From positions 1 to 55,886 of the forward strand of contig PUON01000057.1 in assembly GCA_003552125.1 (NCBI GenBank): 55,886 bases of DNA. Direction: 5' to 3'. The stretch comes from Dehalococcoidia bacterium (GTDB lineage: Bacteria; Chloroflexota; Dehalococcoidia; GIF9; AB-539-J10). The notes beneath the pieces are model-generated. The model ran no database searches. It was given only the letters and a program-made list of their open reading frames with translations, and was not told where the DNA came from. Each line of letters opens with the position of its first letter. Position 1 is the first letter of the stretch. Position numbers and translations under genes: made by a program. Below are positions 19,065 to 28,016 of the stretch, in pieces.

Positions 19065-19448
19065 TTGCCCACCAATTACGATGAATTGACCCCCGGATTC
19101 GAGTTCCCTCCGGTCGAGTACCGCTTGGAGGAAGGAATTGTCGCCGACTATGTTGCAGTAGTCGGCGTGGAACAGACAGGCCATGTGCCGCCATTGGCTG
19201 TGGCTGCACGGGCTATAGCGTCACTTGGAGAGCTTATGATACTGCCTCCCGGGACGATTCATGCATCTCAGGAGTTCGAGTTTCACGGGCTGGTGTCTCC
19301 CGGGGACGGGATTTCCTGTGTAGCGAAGGTGATTCGAAAAGTATCACGTGGGCCGATACGCATGCTTACGCTCGAGATGAGAATCACCAATGAGTCGGGG
19401 GCACTGATTCAGGTGGGGCGATCCGCTATTGTGCTTCCGGGAGCATAG
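19065..19448 (+). CDS. MaoC-like hotdog protein lacking the hydratase motif (HadA-like subunit)
   Basis: GFEFPPVEY, IHASQEFEFHGLVSPGD hotdog pattern; no GDxNPxH motif. Confidence 0.75.
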   Translation: MPTNYDELTPGFEFPPVEYRLEEGIVADYVAVVGVEQTGHVPPLAVAARAIASLGELMILPPGTIHASQEFEFHGLVSPGDGISCVAKVIRKVSRGPIRMLTLEMRITNESGALIQVGRSAIVLPGA

Positions 19449-19456
19449 ATACTGCT

Positions 19457-19870
19457 ATGACGCTGCGTGAAGGCTTGATGCTTCCCGAACTGGTGAAGGA
19501 AATCACCCAGGCAGATATCAATCGTTACGCAGAGGCTTCGGGCGATTATAACCCCATTCATATAGACGAGGCATTTGCCGCTGGCACTCCGCTGAAGGGA
19601 ACTATAGCTCATGGGATGCTTGTGTTGGCGTTTGTCTCGGAGATGCTCGCTCGTACATTCGGTGACGCGTGGGACGAATCCGGTCGACTGTTTGTCAAGT
19701 TCAAGAGCCCTACCCGCCCTGGCGATACCGTGACGGTATCGGGTCAGATTGATGCCTTGAGTGCAGAGAGTGATATAGTATTGGCCACTTGTTCCGTTGT
19801 ATGTCGCAACCAGGCGGATGAGGTTCTGGTTTCGGGTGAAGCACGTGTGAGGATCCCGGATCGGTTGTGA
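19457..19870 (+). CDS. MaoC family (R)-specific dehydratase/hydratase (HadB-like)
   Basis: Hydratase-2 motif YAEASGDYNPIH, TIAHGML, KFKSPTRPGD. Confidence 0.9.
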   Translation: MTLREGLMLPELVKEITQADINRYAEASGDYNPIHIDEAFAAGTPLKGTIAHGMLVLAFVSEMLARTFGDAWDESGRLFVKFKSPTRPGDTVTVSGQIDALSAESDIVLATCSVVCRNQADEVLVSGEARVRIPDRL

Positions 19871-19939
19871 TGCAGCGGCGATTGGCGTATCCTCAGGTTC
19901 AAATCCCCGGAGTTCGTGTCAGTTGACGAGGAGACCAGT

Positions 19940-20965
19940 ATGTCACAGTCGCCTGGCAAAGTGAGAGTAGCCGTCGACGCCATGGGAGGCGATTTTGCGC
20001 CGACCGAGATAATTAAGGGTGCTGCTGCCGCAGCTCAAGCGGGGCAGGTTGAGGTTGTCCTCGTGGGGCAGGAAGATGTGATTGCGGAGGAGCTGCGCAG
20101 CCAGGGCATTCCTGAGAACCTGATGAAGTGTGTGCATGCGCCGGAAGTGATCAAGGAGGGGGAGCCTCCGGCAACCGCCATCCGACAGAAGCGCAAGTCT
20201 TCCATCGTCATCGGCACCAGGATGGTGCATGCTGGAGAGGTGGATGCGTTTGTAAGTGCGGGCTCGTCTGGAGCCGTTGCCGCTGCTGCGGCCACCTACG
20301 TAGGCATGATCGATGGTATGGAGCGCCCGACTGTTGGTGGCGGCTTCAGCAGCTTCGCTCCGAACATCGTTCTGATGGACCTGGGCGCCAATGTTGATTG
20401 CAGGCCGCATCAATTACTGTCGTTTGCGATTGCCGGAACCGTCTACGCCCGCACCATCTTCCACATTCCGAATCCAACGGTCGGTCTTCTCAGCACGGGT
20501 AGCGAGGAAGGCAAAGGCAACGAGGTGGTCAAAGAAGCATATACGCTGTTCAAGAACAGCGGCCTCAACTTCGTCGGTAATATTGAGGGTGGTGATATCC
20601 TGACGGGCAAAGCCAACGTAATCGTGTGTGATGGTTTCGTCGGGAACATTCTGCTCAAGTTCTACGAGAGTATTGGTGATCGCGCACGAGTCTGGCTGAC
20701 GGGGAAGCATCCACGGATTAAAGGGCTGGTGGGATATGTATTCGACCGGGTCCTCCCAATCAAGAAGCTATCCTATGAGGGAGAGGAAGAAGGGACCGGT
20801 ATCCTCTGGGGTATAGATGGTGTGGTTCGCATCGCGCATGGCGCCTGTCGGGCGGAACACATCGTCCACGGGATTAATGCTGCCCGCAAGGCTGTTGAGA
20901 GTGATATCGTGAGCAATCTCAAACGCGAGATAGCCTCGCTCAATCTACAGAAGAGTACAGAGTAG
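19940..20965 (+). CDS. plsX: Phosphate acyltransferase
   Basis: VAVDAMGGDFAP, VSAGSSGA, DLGANVD, GNIEG, VCDGFVGN, IAHG. Confidence 0.93.
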   Translation: MSQSPGKVRVAVDAMGGDFAPTEIIKGAAAAAQAGQVEVVLVGQEDVIAEELRSQGIPENLMKCVHAPEVIKEGEPPATAIRQKRKSSIVIGTRMVHAGEVDAFVSAGSSGAVAAAAATYVGMIDGMERPTVGGGFSSFAPNIVLMDLGANVDCRPHQLLSFAIAGTVYARTIFHIPNPTVGLLSTGSEEGKGNEVVKEAYTLFKNSGLNFVGNIEGGDILTGKANVIVCDGFVGNILLKFYESIGDRARVWLTGKHPRIKGLVGYVFDRVLPIKKLSYEGEEEGTGILWGIDGVVRIAHGACRAEHIVHGINAARKAVESDIVSNLKREIASLNLQKSTE

Positions 20966-20985
20966 AGTAAGGAGGGTGAAGGATA

Positions 20986-21225
20986 ATGACCGTCGAAGAA
21001 CAGATTAAGGACATCGTCTCACGTATCGCCCATATCGATAAGAGCATCATGGAAAGGGAATCTACCTTCAAAGAGATGAAGGCTGATTCACTTGATGTGG
21101 TTCAGGCACTGGTGGCGGTGGAAGAACAGTTCGACATTGAGATTCCTGACGAAGAGGCGCAGAAGTTTCGTAACTTCGGTGACTTCGTTGATTTCGTGCA
21201 GCAAGAGGTTGAAAAGAAGGGGTAA
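20986..21225 (+). CDS. acpP: Acyl carrier protein
   Basis: 79-aa acidic protein with ADSLD phosphopantetheine site and EEQFDIEIPDEEA; SD AAGGAGG. Confidence 0.93.
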   Translation: MTVEEQIKDIVSRIAHIDKSIMERESTFKEMKADSLDVVQALVAVEEQFDIEIPDEEAQKFRNFGDFVDFVQQEVEKKG

Positions 21226-21230
21226 ACATC

Positions 21231-22013
21231 GTGAAGCCAATGCAGGGGAAACTGGCACTCATAACGGGGAGTGGCCGTGGAATCGGCAAGGCAATTGCCC
21301 TGAAGCTCGCCTCCCAGGGGTGCGACATTGTGGTGAACTACTTTCGACGGCGGGAAGCGGCCGAGCAGACCGCCGAAGAATTGAAACAGCTTGGTGTGAA
21401 GACCCTTTTGGTCAAGGCCAACATGGGCGACTCCGGCAAGATACGGGACATGTTCGATACCATTTCCAGCGAGTTCGGATACCTGGATATTTTCATCGGC
21501 AACGCAGCTTCCGGCGTCGGCCGCCCGATCATGGAGATCGACGAGAAGGCGTGGGACTGGACGCTGGGAATCAATGCGAAAGCACTACTGCTGTGTGCAC
21601 AGCGCGCAGCCGGGCTGATGGATGGCCGGAATGGCAAAATCGTCGCCATTTCCAGCCTCGGTTCCCAGTTTGTATGGCCCACGTATGCTGCCGTTGGAGT
21701 GTCTAAGGCTGCCCTTGAGGCGGTGACCCGTTACCTTTCCATTGAGTTCGTTCCCAAAGGTATAGCGGTGAATGCGGTGTCGGCTTCCGCAGTGGATACC
21801 GAGGCGCTCAAGTTCTACATCCGGGAAGGTCTCGTCAAAGACGTCAAGCAGACCACACCTGTTGGTCGCATGGTGACGCCTGAGGACGTTGCGAATGCTG
21901 TGGCGTTTCTCTGCAGCGAAGATGCGTACATGATTCGAGGACAGACGATTATCGTTGACGGAGGAACAAGCGTGGCGCCATGGTCGTCGGTGATCGAAAA
22001 GGGAGATTCGTGA
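21231..22013 (+). CDS. fabL: Enoyl-ACP reductase, FabL type (SDR)
   Basis: NAASGV.RP, WDWTLGINAKALL, YAAVGVSKAALEAVTRYL, MIRGQTIIVDGG closely follow Bacillus subtilis FabL as recalled. Confidence 0.82.
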   Translation: MKPMQGKLALITGSGRGIGKAIALKLASQGCDIVVNYFRRREAAEQTAEELKQLGVKTLLVKANMGDSGKIRDMFDTISSEFGYLDIFIGNAASGVGRPIMEIDEKAWDWTLGINAKALLLCAQRAAGLMDGRNGKIVAISSLGSQFVWPTYAAVGVSKAALEAVTRYLSIEFVPKGIAVNAVSASAVDTEALKFYIREGLVKDVKQTTPVGRMVTPEDVANAVAFLCSEDAYMIRGQTIIVDGGTSVAPWSSVIEKGDS

Positions 22014-23245
22014 TGAGTACGCCACGCGTGGTTGTCACCGGGATGGGGTCGGTAAATCCCATCGGAAATACCGTCCCGGAATTCTGGAAGAACGCTGTGG
22101 CCGGCAAGTCCGGGATTGGTCACATCACGCGATTCGATGCGACCAACTTCTATGTGAAGGTAGCTGGAGAAGTCAAGGGCTTCGATGCATATGCGCACAT
22201 GGACCCGAAGGTAGCTGATCGCAATCCTCGTGCAGTGCACTTTGGACTGGCAGCTGCCCGCGAGGCGATGACCCAAGCCGGAATTGACATGAATCGCGAA
22301 GTTCCTGAACGCGTTGGTGTATGCGTTGGCTGCATGTCGGAGAGTGACTACATCGTGCGCCAGGCAGACATACTTGAACGCAGGGGAGTTCGTCGTGTCG
22401 ATCCATTGTTCGTCGCGCGATCCGGTCCCAGCGCCCCGGCTATGCAGATCGGAATGCTATACGAGGCGCGTGGACCCAATAGCAGTCCGAACAGCCTGTG
22501 TGCGACTGGCACTGACGCCATTGGAACTGCGATGAACTTCATCAAGCTTGGACATGCCGATGTAATGATCGCGGGAGGTACAGATTCCTGTCTCTCTCCG
22601 CTGGGTGTGGCCGGGCTTGACATAGTTGGTGCGGTTACACGGGAGCCTGATCCCGCAATTGCGTGCAGGCCGTTCGATGCTGAACGCAGCGGATTCGTTT
22701 TTGGAGAAGGAGCCGGCATCGTCGTACTCGAATCGCTCGAACACGCGAAGGCTCGTAATGCAGAGATTCTTGTAGAACTGGTCGGTGCCGGCTGGTCTTT
22801 CGATGCCTATGATCAGACTGCTCCGGCTTCTGAGCCCGAGGCATATGCTATGAGATTCGCGCTGAACCAGGCGCGAATTGATCCGGCGCTTGTCGCTTAC
22901 GTGAACGCTCATGGGACGAGCACGCGGTTGAATGATCCCACTGAAACTCGGGCTCTGAAGATCGCGTTCGGAGATCATGCCTACAAGCTGGCGATCAGCT
23001 CGACCAAGTCGCTCGTTGGCCATGCAATCACCGCGTCAGGAGCTGTGGAATCCATTGTCGCGATAATGACTGTGCGTACCAATACCATTCATCCAACCAT
23101 TAACTACCGCACGCCTGATCCAGAGTGTGATCTGGACTATGTGCCGAACACCGCTCGTGAGGCGACTGTCGATGTGAGTCTTACGAACAGTTTCGGTCTT
23201 GGCGGAGAGAACTGTTCTCTCGTGTTCTCGAAGTTCAAAGACTAG
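22013..23245 (+). CDS. fabF: Beta-ketoacyl-ACP synthase II
   Basis: RVVVTGMG, Cys in SLCATG, NAHGTST, KSLVGH, NSFGLGG. ATG overlaps the fabL TGA. Confidence 0.92.
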   Translation: MSTPRVVVTGMGSVNPIGNTVPEFWKNAVAGKSGIGHITRFDATNFYVKVAGEVKGFDAYAHMDPKVADRNPRAVHFGLAAAREAMTQAGIDMNREVPERVGVCVGCMSESDYIVRQADILERRGVRRVDPLFVARSGPSAPAMQIGMLYEARGPNSSPNSLCATGTDAIGTAMNFIKLGHADVMIAGGTDSCLSPLGVAGLDIVGAVTREPDPAIACRPFDAERSGFVFGEGAGIVVLESLEHAKARNAEILVELVGAGWSFDAYDQTAPASEPEAYAMRFALNQARIDPALVAYVNAHGTSTRLNDPTETRALKIAFGDHAYKLAISSTKSLVGHAITASGAVESIVAIMTVRTNTIHPTINYRTPDPECDLDYVPNTAREATVDVSLTNSFGLGGENCSLVFSKFKD

Positions 23246-23297
23246 CGGAGATGACAGGCATCGGAATTGCGCGAACGCAGTTCTACCCGGAGGCGTT

Positions 23298-24047
23298 ATG
23301 GAACTGGAAGGCAAAATCGCTCTCGTCACGGGAGCGTCACGCGGGTTGGGACGTGCCATCGCCCTCAAGCTTGGCAGCATAGGAGCACGGGTTGCGGTCA
23401 ACTACGTGGCGGTTGATGAACAGAACGAAGCCGATGCTTGCGATGTAGTTGAGAGATTACGGGAAATGGGCACCGACGCCTTCATGGTGGAGGCGGATGT
23501 CCGTGATGGTGAAGCTGTGAAGAGGATGGTCGACGAAATCGTGACTCGGTGGGATGGCCTGCATATACTTGTCAACAACGCTGGCATTACGCGCGACACG
23601 CTGCTCCTCCGCATGTCGGAGCAGGCATGGGACGATGTTGTCGATATTAACCTGCGTGGGACGTTTCTGTGCTCGAAGCACGCCCTCAAGCCGATGATGC
23701 GTGGTGACTGGGGAAGAATCGTGAGTATTTCATCGATAGCCGGTGTTATCGGCAACCCCGGACAAGCCAACTACTCGGCATCCAAAGGTGGCGTCATTGC
23801 GTTCTCGAAGAGTCTTGCCCGCGAAGTCGGGTCGCGCGGCATCACGGTGAATGCAGTCGCGCCCGGCTATATCGAAACGCAGATGACCGGTGTGTTACCA
23901 GAGAATGTACGTGAGAGGTTCCTGGAAATGATTGCGCTGAAACGACCTGGCAAGCCCGAAGAGGTTGCCGAACTGGTCGCATTCCTGGCAAGCGATAAGG
24001 CGTCGTACATCACCGGAGAAGTGATCGGAATCGATGGTGGTATGTAG
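23298..24047 (+). CDS. fabG: 3-oxoacyl-ACP reductase
   Basis: TGASRGLG, NNAGITRDTLLLRM, GNPGQANYSASKGG, YITGEVIGIDGGM. Confidence 0.94.
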   Translation: MELEGKIALVTGASRGLGRAIALKLGSIGARVAVNYVAVDEQNEADACDVVERLREMGTDAFMVEADVRDGEAVKRMVDEIVTRWDGLHILVNNAGITRDTLLLRMSEQAWDDVVDINLRGTFLCSKHALKPMMRGDWGRIVSISSIAGVIGNPGQANYSASKGGVIAFSKSLAREVGSRGITVNAVAPGYIETQMTGVLPENVRERFLEMIALKRPGKPEEVAELVAFLASDKASYITGEVIGIDGGM

Positions 24048-24138
24048 TGTGCGCCACGGCGTTGGCCGTTCTGGAGCCTGAATACTCGCACATCGTGCCG
24101 TCTTCTGCGCGGCAGCTGATTCACCCGTGTAGGTTTTG

Positions 24139-24168
24139 TTGACACCAATGTGTCAATACGAGTAGAAT
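24139..24168 (+). promoter_or_regulatory. sigma70 promoter of rpsU, overlapped by a palindrome
   Basis: TTGACA 24139-24144, 18 nt, TAGAAT 24163-24168. Inverted repeat TTGACAC-N4-GTGTCAA at 24139-24156. Confidence 0.7.
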
Positions 24169-24180
24169 TGCGACCATATT

Positions 24181-24357
24181 ATGGCAAACGTAAGATTGGG
24201 TTCAGGCGAGAGTTTTGAGAGCATGCTGCGTCGCTTCGGCAAACAGGTGGAGACTGACAGGATCCTTGCCGAGGTGAGAAGGCGAAGGTTCTACGAAAAA
24301 CCGAGCGCTGTCAGGAAGAAGAAGGAAGCGGTCAAGAAGCGCAAGAGTTCGCGCTAG
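24181..24357 (+). CDS. rpsU: 30S ribosomal protein S21 (58 aa, absent from the ORF track)
   Basis: Manual translation MANVRLGSGESFESMLRRFGKQVETDRILAEVRRRRFYEKPSAVRKKKEAVKKRKSSR, followed by a yqeY gene as in the usual rpsU-yqeY order. Confidence 0.95.
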   Translation: MANVRLGSGESFESMLRRFGKQVETDRILAEVRRRRFYEKPSAVRKKKEAVKKRKSSR

Positions 24358-24365
24358 GTTCTTCC

Positions 24366-24815
24366 ATGGGTGTGCAGGACAGGCTTCGTGAAGACCTCAA
24401 GGTAGCCCTCCGAGAAAGAAACTCAGAAAGGCTGTCAATCATTCGCGTCCTTCTTGCTGAATGTAAGAACGCAGAGATTGCGCGCATGCACGCCTTGGAT
24501 GATGCGGAGGTGATTGAGGTCCTGTCTCGCGAGGCCAAGCGTCGTGTTGAGAGCATCGACGCCTTTCGTTCCGGTGGTCGGTCCGATCTCGTCACCTGCG
24601 AAGAAGAGGCGCTCGCGGTGATCAAGGAATACCTGCCCGCTCAAATGAGTCGGGACGAGGTTGTCCGGCTCGCGCGTGAGTCCATTACTGTAGTTGGTGC
24701 GACCGGTCCCAAGGATAAGGGCAAGGTAATGTCACATCTTATGCCATCCGTGAAGGGAAAGGCTGATGGCAAGGAAGTCAATGAGATAGTGACTGAAATG
24801 CTCTCAACCCTCTGA
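24366..24815 (+). CDS. GatB/YqeY domain protein
   Basis: EAKRRVESIDAFRSGGRSDL, IKEYLPAQMS, KDKGKVM, KGKADGK. Confidence 0.93.
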   Translation: MGVQDRLREDLKVALRERNSERLSIIRVLLAECKNAEIARMHALDDAEVIEVLSREAKRRVESIDAFRSGGRSDLVTCEEEALAVIKEYLPAQMSRDEVVRLARESITVVGATGPKDKGKVMSHLMPSVKGKADGKEVNEIVTEMLSTL

Positions 24816-24927
24816 TCAGATTGGTGTGCGGTACGGTCGTCTCGGTCATGCGTGTCCAGTACGGCATCGGTGAGTCCGGTGCATCTCAAGGCCGGTGGTT
24901 GTGGAAATGTCTCACTTACAATCGTCC

Positions 24928-26211
24928 ATGATGGTATGTCCCTTTCGGGGTATCCGCTACAACCCGTCCGCCATCACTGATCTCTCATCCGTGCTGTGTC
25001 CTCCATACGACATAATAGATGCCGACCAGCAGCGGGCGTTGTATTCGCGAGATCCGCACAACATGATAAGGCTCGAACATCCGATGCCATTAAGTACGGG
25101 CCAGGATGAGCGCGAACGCTACCGGACGGCAGCAACGATGTATCGTGATTGGCTTCGGGGTGGGATTCTCACCGAGGAAGACGAGCCGGTGCTGTATGTG
25201 CACGATCACAACTTTGAATACCGTGGGCGTCGTCACGTGCGCAGAGGACTCGTAGGTGCGGTGCGTTTAAGGCCCTGGTATGAGGGCGTGTTCCCGCACG
25301 AGCTCACAGGAACCAAGGCAAAACAGGATCGCCTTGAATTGATGCGTGCGTGTAGAGCCAGTTTCAGCTATCCGCTCGGATTGTATGAAGACTCGAGTGG
25401 GACCGTGGCTGACCTGCTGAACGCCTCCGTAGATGATCGCCCGCCCGATGTTACAGCTTGCGAGTCTGCCGATGGCCATCAGGTCTGGGTGATCCGCGAT
25501 CCTGAGATTCTTGAGGGCATTGGAGCAGCCCTTGGTTCCGAGTCTATCTATATTGCCGATGGGCATCACCGTTATGAGACGGGACTCGTGTATCAGGGGG
25601 AACGCAGGGCTGAGGAGGGGAACCCATCGCGGCTTCACGCGTATGACTTCATCCCAATGACCCTCACGGCCTTTCGCGACCCTGGTCTGTTCATCTCGCC
25701 CGTGTATCGCGTGCTCTCAGGGATTGATTTGCCAGACCCGGACGAAATTGAGAGACGTCTGGGCGAGTACTTCTCGATCGATTACATCGCACTGGAGGAC
25801 GTGATTGAACGTGCTGTGCCTGTGGATAAGATGGCGCTGATGGCAGCCGTCGGGTTGCGTGAGGGTTATTCGGCTGAGTTGCGCCCGCGATCGGGGGTCG
25901 ACCTGGGCTCTCTCGTCCCTGGAGAACACTCAAGCGAGTATCGCACGTTTAATGTCAGCATCCTCAATCACGTCGTCATGGCCCGGGCTCTCGGGATAAA
26001 CCCTGATGGAGAAGGCGTGTCCTACAGTCCTGATCTGGTTGGGGTCATTCACGCTGTGCAGAATGATGAGGCCCGGATGGCCTTTCTGCTGGCTCCGCCG
26101 GATCCTCTACTGGTCAAGAAGATAGCTGACCAGATGGAGCGCATGCCCCGCAAGTCGACCTACTTCTATCCAAAACCGCCGACTGGGCTGGTTGCGTACC
26201 CATTCGACTAG
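24928..26211 (+). CDS. DUF1015 family protein
   Basis: PFRGIRYN, PPYDII, FPHELT, YIADGHHRYET, MPRKSTYFYPKPPTGL. Start uncertain (24895-24931). Confidence 0.9.
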   Translation: MMVCPFRGIRYNPSAITDLSSVLCPPYDIIDADQQRALYSRDPHNMIRLEHPMPLSTGQDERERYRTAATMYRDWLRGGILTEEDEPVLYVHDHNFEYRGRRHVRRGLVGAVRLRPWYEGVFPHELTGTKAKQDRLELMRACRASFSYPLGLYEDSSGTVADLLNASVDDRPPDVTACESADGHQVWVIRDPEILEGIGAALGSESIYIADGHHRYETGLVYQGERRAEEGNPSRLHAYDFIPMTLTAFRDPGLFISPVYRVLSGIDLPDPDEIERRLGEYFSIDYIALEDVIERAVPVDKMALMAAVGLREGYSAELRPRSGVDLGSLVPGEHSSEYRTFNVSILNHVVMARALGINPDGEGVSYSPDLVGVIHAVQNDEARMAFLLAPPDPLLVKKIADQMERMPRKSTYFYPKPPTGLVAYPFD

Positions 26212-27785
26212 GACGGCAGGTCGATCAGGCTGACCGTTCTCGCCGAGTGGATGTTGGGGATGGCGAGGATGACGTTCCTCTGCGAATCGCCCAACGGCTC
26301 ATCAAGCGCCATCACGAACAATGCTTCGCCCCGTGGTGCGAGTCTGCTCAAGTGCATTGAACTGATGTTGATGCTCGCCTGACCCAATACCGTGCCGATA
26401 GCCCCGACCAGTCCAGGGCCGTCGATGTGATCACAGAGCAGGAAATGGCCCTCGGTGGGGCTGATGTCCATCCAGAATCTGTTGACCCGCACAATGCGTG
26501 TTTCGCCTTCACGGACAGTCCCCGAGACCGATGTTGATCCCTTATCCGTCTCCAGTGTAACCGTGAGTAGATTCGAGTAGTTGACGCATTCAGGATCAAA
26601 TTCCTCAACGATCTTCAGGCCACGCTGTAGGGCGACAAGCTCTGCATTTACGAGATTCACGCGTTCTTCGGTTGCTTGTTGCAGGATGCCGGCGATGACG
26701 CCCGCCTTCAGTGGTTCGCAGGTGTCCTGTTGCAGTTCGCCAGCGTAATGAACGGTTACCTTTCGTATCTGACCCTCCATGAGTTGGCTGGCGAAGCTGC
26801 CCACCACTGTGCTCATGTGCACATACGGCAGAAGTTCGGGCGAGGCATGGGGCACGTTCACCGCGTACTTACTGATTTGTCCGTCGAGCACCGTGAGAAC
26901 CTGATCTGCGATATCCACTGATACGTTGGTCTGTGCCTCGACGGTTGAGGCACCCAGGTGCGGCGTCAACACACAGCGGGGGGCGGTCAGCAGAGGACTA
27001 TCCACCGGGGGTTCCTCTCCGAAGACATCGAAGGCGGCGCCCGCGATACGGCCCTCTTCGAGCGCGGCTGCTACGGCGGCCTCATCCACCACACCTCCGC
27101 GTGCGCAATTGATGATTCGGACCGTGGGTTTCACGATCTCAAGCTCAGGAGTTCCTATCAGATTTCGGGTTGCCGGGGTCAGTGGAACGTGCAGAGATAC
27201 GTAGTCGGCCCTACTCAGCAATTCATCAAGCGTGACTATCGTTACCTTGTAGGAACGCGCATACTCTGCGGAGATATATGGATCGAAGGCGATAGTGTGC
27301 ATCTCGAAGGCTTGTGCTCTTACGGCTACCTGCGTGCCTATTTGCCCCAATCCTACGATTCCCAACGTCTTGTGTCTAAGCTCCGAACCCATAAGTCTGT
27401 TGCGAGCCCACACACCCTTCCGCATCTCTGTATCAGCGAGGGTCACGTTCCGTGCCAGCGTGAGCATCAGTGCCATGGTGTGTTCCGCAGCGGAAACGGT
27501 GTTGCCCGCCGGAGCGTTGACGACCACTATGCCACGCCGCGTAGCGGCCTCGACATCGATATTGTCCACGCCGACCCCCGCACGGCCTATGACGCGCAGG
27601 CTTCGACCGTGCTCAATGATTTGGGCAGTTACCCTCGTCTGGCTCCTGACCACGAGGGCGTCGTAGGACGCTATTTCGTCGCACAACTCTTCCGTGGAAA
27701 GCTTCGCTTTCACATCCACGGTGGCGCACTTTCTGAGCCGGGCAACGCCTTCATCTGCGATGGGATCTGCGACGAGTATCCTCAT
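26208..27785 (-). CDS. serA: D-3-phosphoglycerate dehydrogenase (with ASB/ACT domains)
   Basis: GRAGVGVDNIDV, GIVGLGQIG, INCARGG, TPHLGAST, C-terminal ACT domain. Confidence 0.95.
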   Translation of the reverse strand: MRILVADPIADEGVARLRKCATVDVKAKLSTEELCDEIASYDALVVRSQTRVTAQIIEHGRSLRVIGRAGVGVDNIDVEAATRRGIVVVNAPAGNTVSAAEHTMALMLTLARNVTLADTEMRKGVWARNRLMGSELRHKTLGIVGLGQIGTQVAVRAQAFEMHTIAFDPYISAEYARSYKVTIVTLDELLSRADYVSLHVPLTPATRNLIGTPELEIVKPTVRIINCARGGVVDEAAVAAALEEGRIAGAAFDVFGEEPPVDSPLLTAPRCVLTPHLGASTVEAQTNVSVDIADQVLTVLDGQISKYAVNVPHASPELLPYVHMSTVVGSFASQLMEGQIRKVTVHYAGELQQDTCEPLKAGVIAGILQQATEERVNLVNAELVALQRGLKIVEEFDPECVNYSNLLTVTLETDKGSTSVSGTVREGETRIVRVNRFWMDISPTEGHFLLCDHIDGPGLVGAIGTVLGQASINISSMHLSRLAPRGEALFVMALDEPLGDSQRNVILAIPNIHSARTVSLIDLPS

Positions 27786-28016
27786 GTGTACCCCCTCATC
27801 ATGACCGCGGTAACATAGCCACGCACTATCGTGTCATTCTATAACAACGCCGGACTATTGTCGTGCGAGAAGTGTCTCCTGAAGACGCCGTTCAGCGATG
27901 GAAGCGTCGCTGATGAAAGGGCTGCTCCAGGAAGGTCATCGCGTGTCCTGGGTCAGGTTCTGGCCTACTTGACAGGCTGATCCTCCTGCATCTTCGGAGT
28001 GTACAGGCCAGCATCC

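Noticed and set aside
27910-27940. CTGATGA resembling a hammerhead ribozyme core
   Set aside because: No stem II followed by GAAA and no matching stems I/III.
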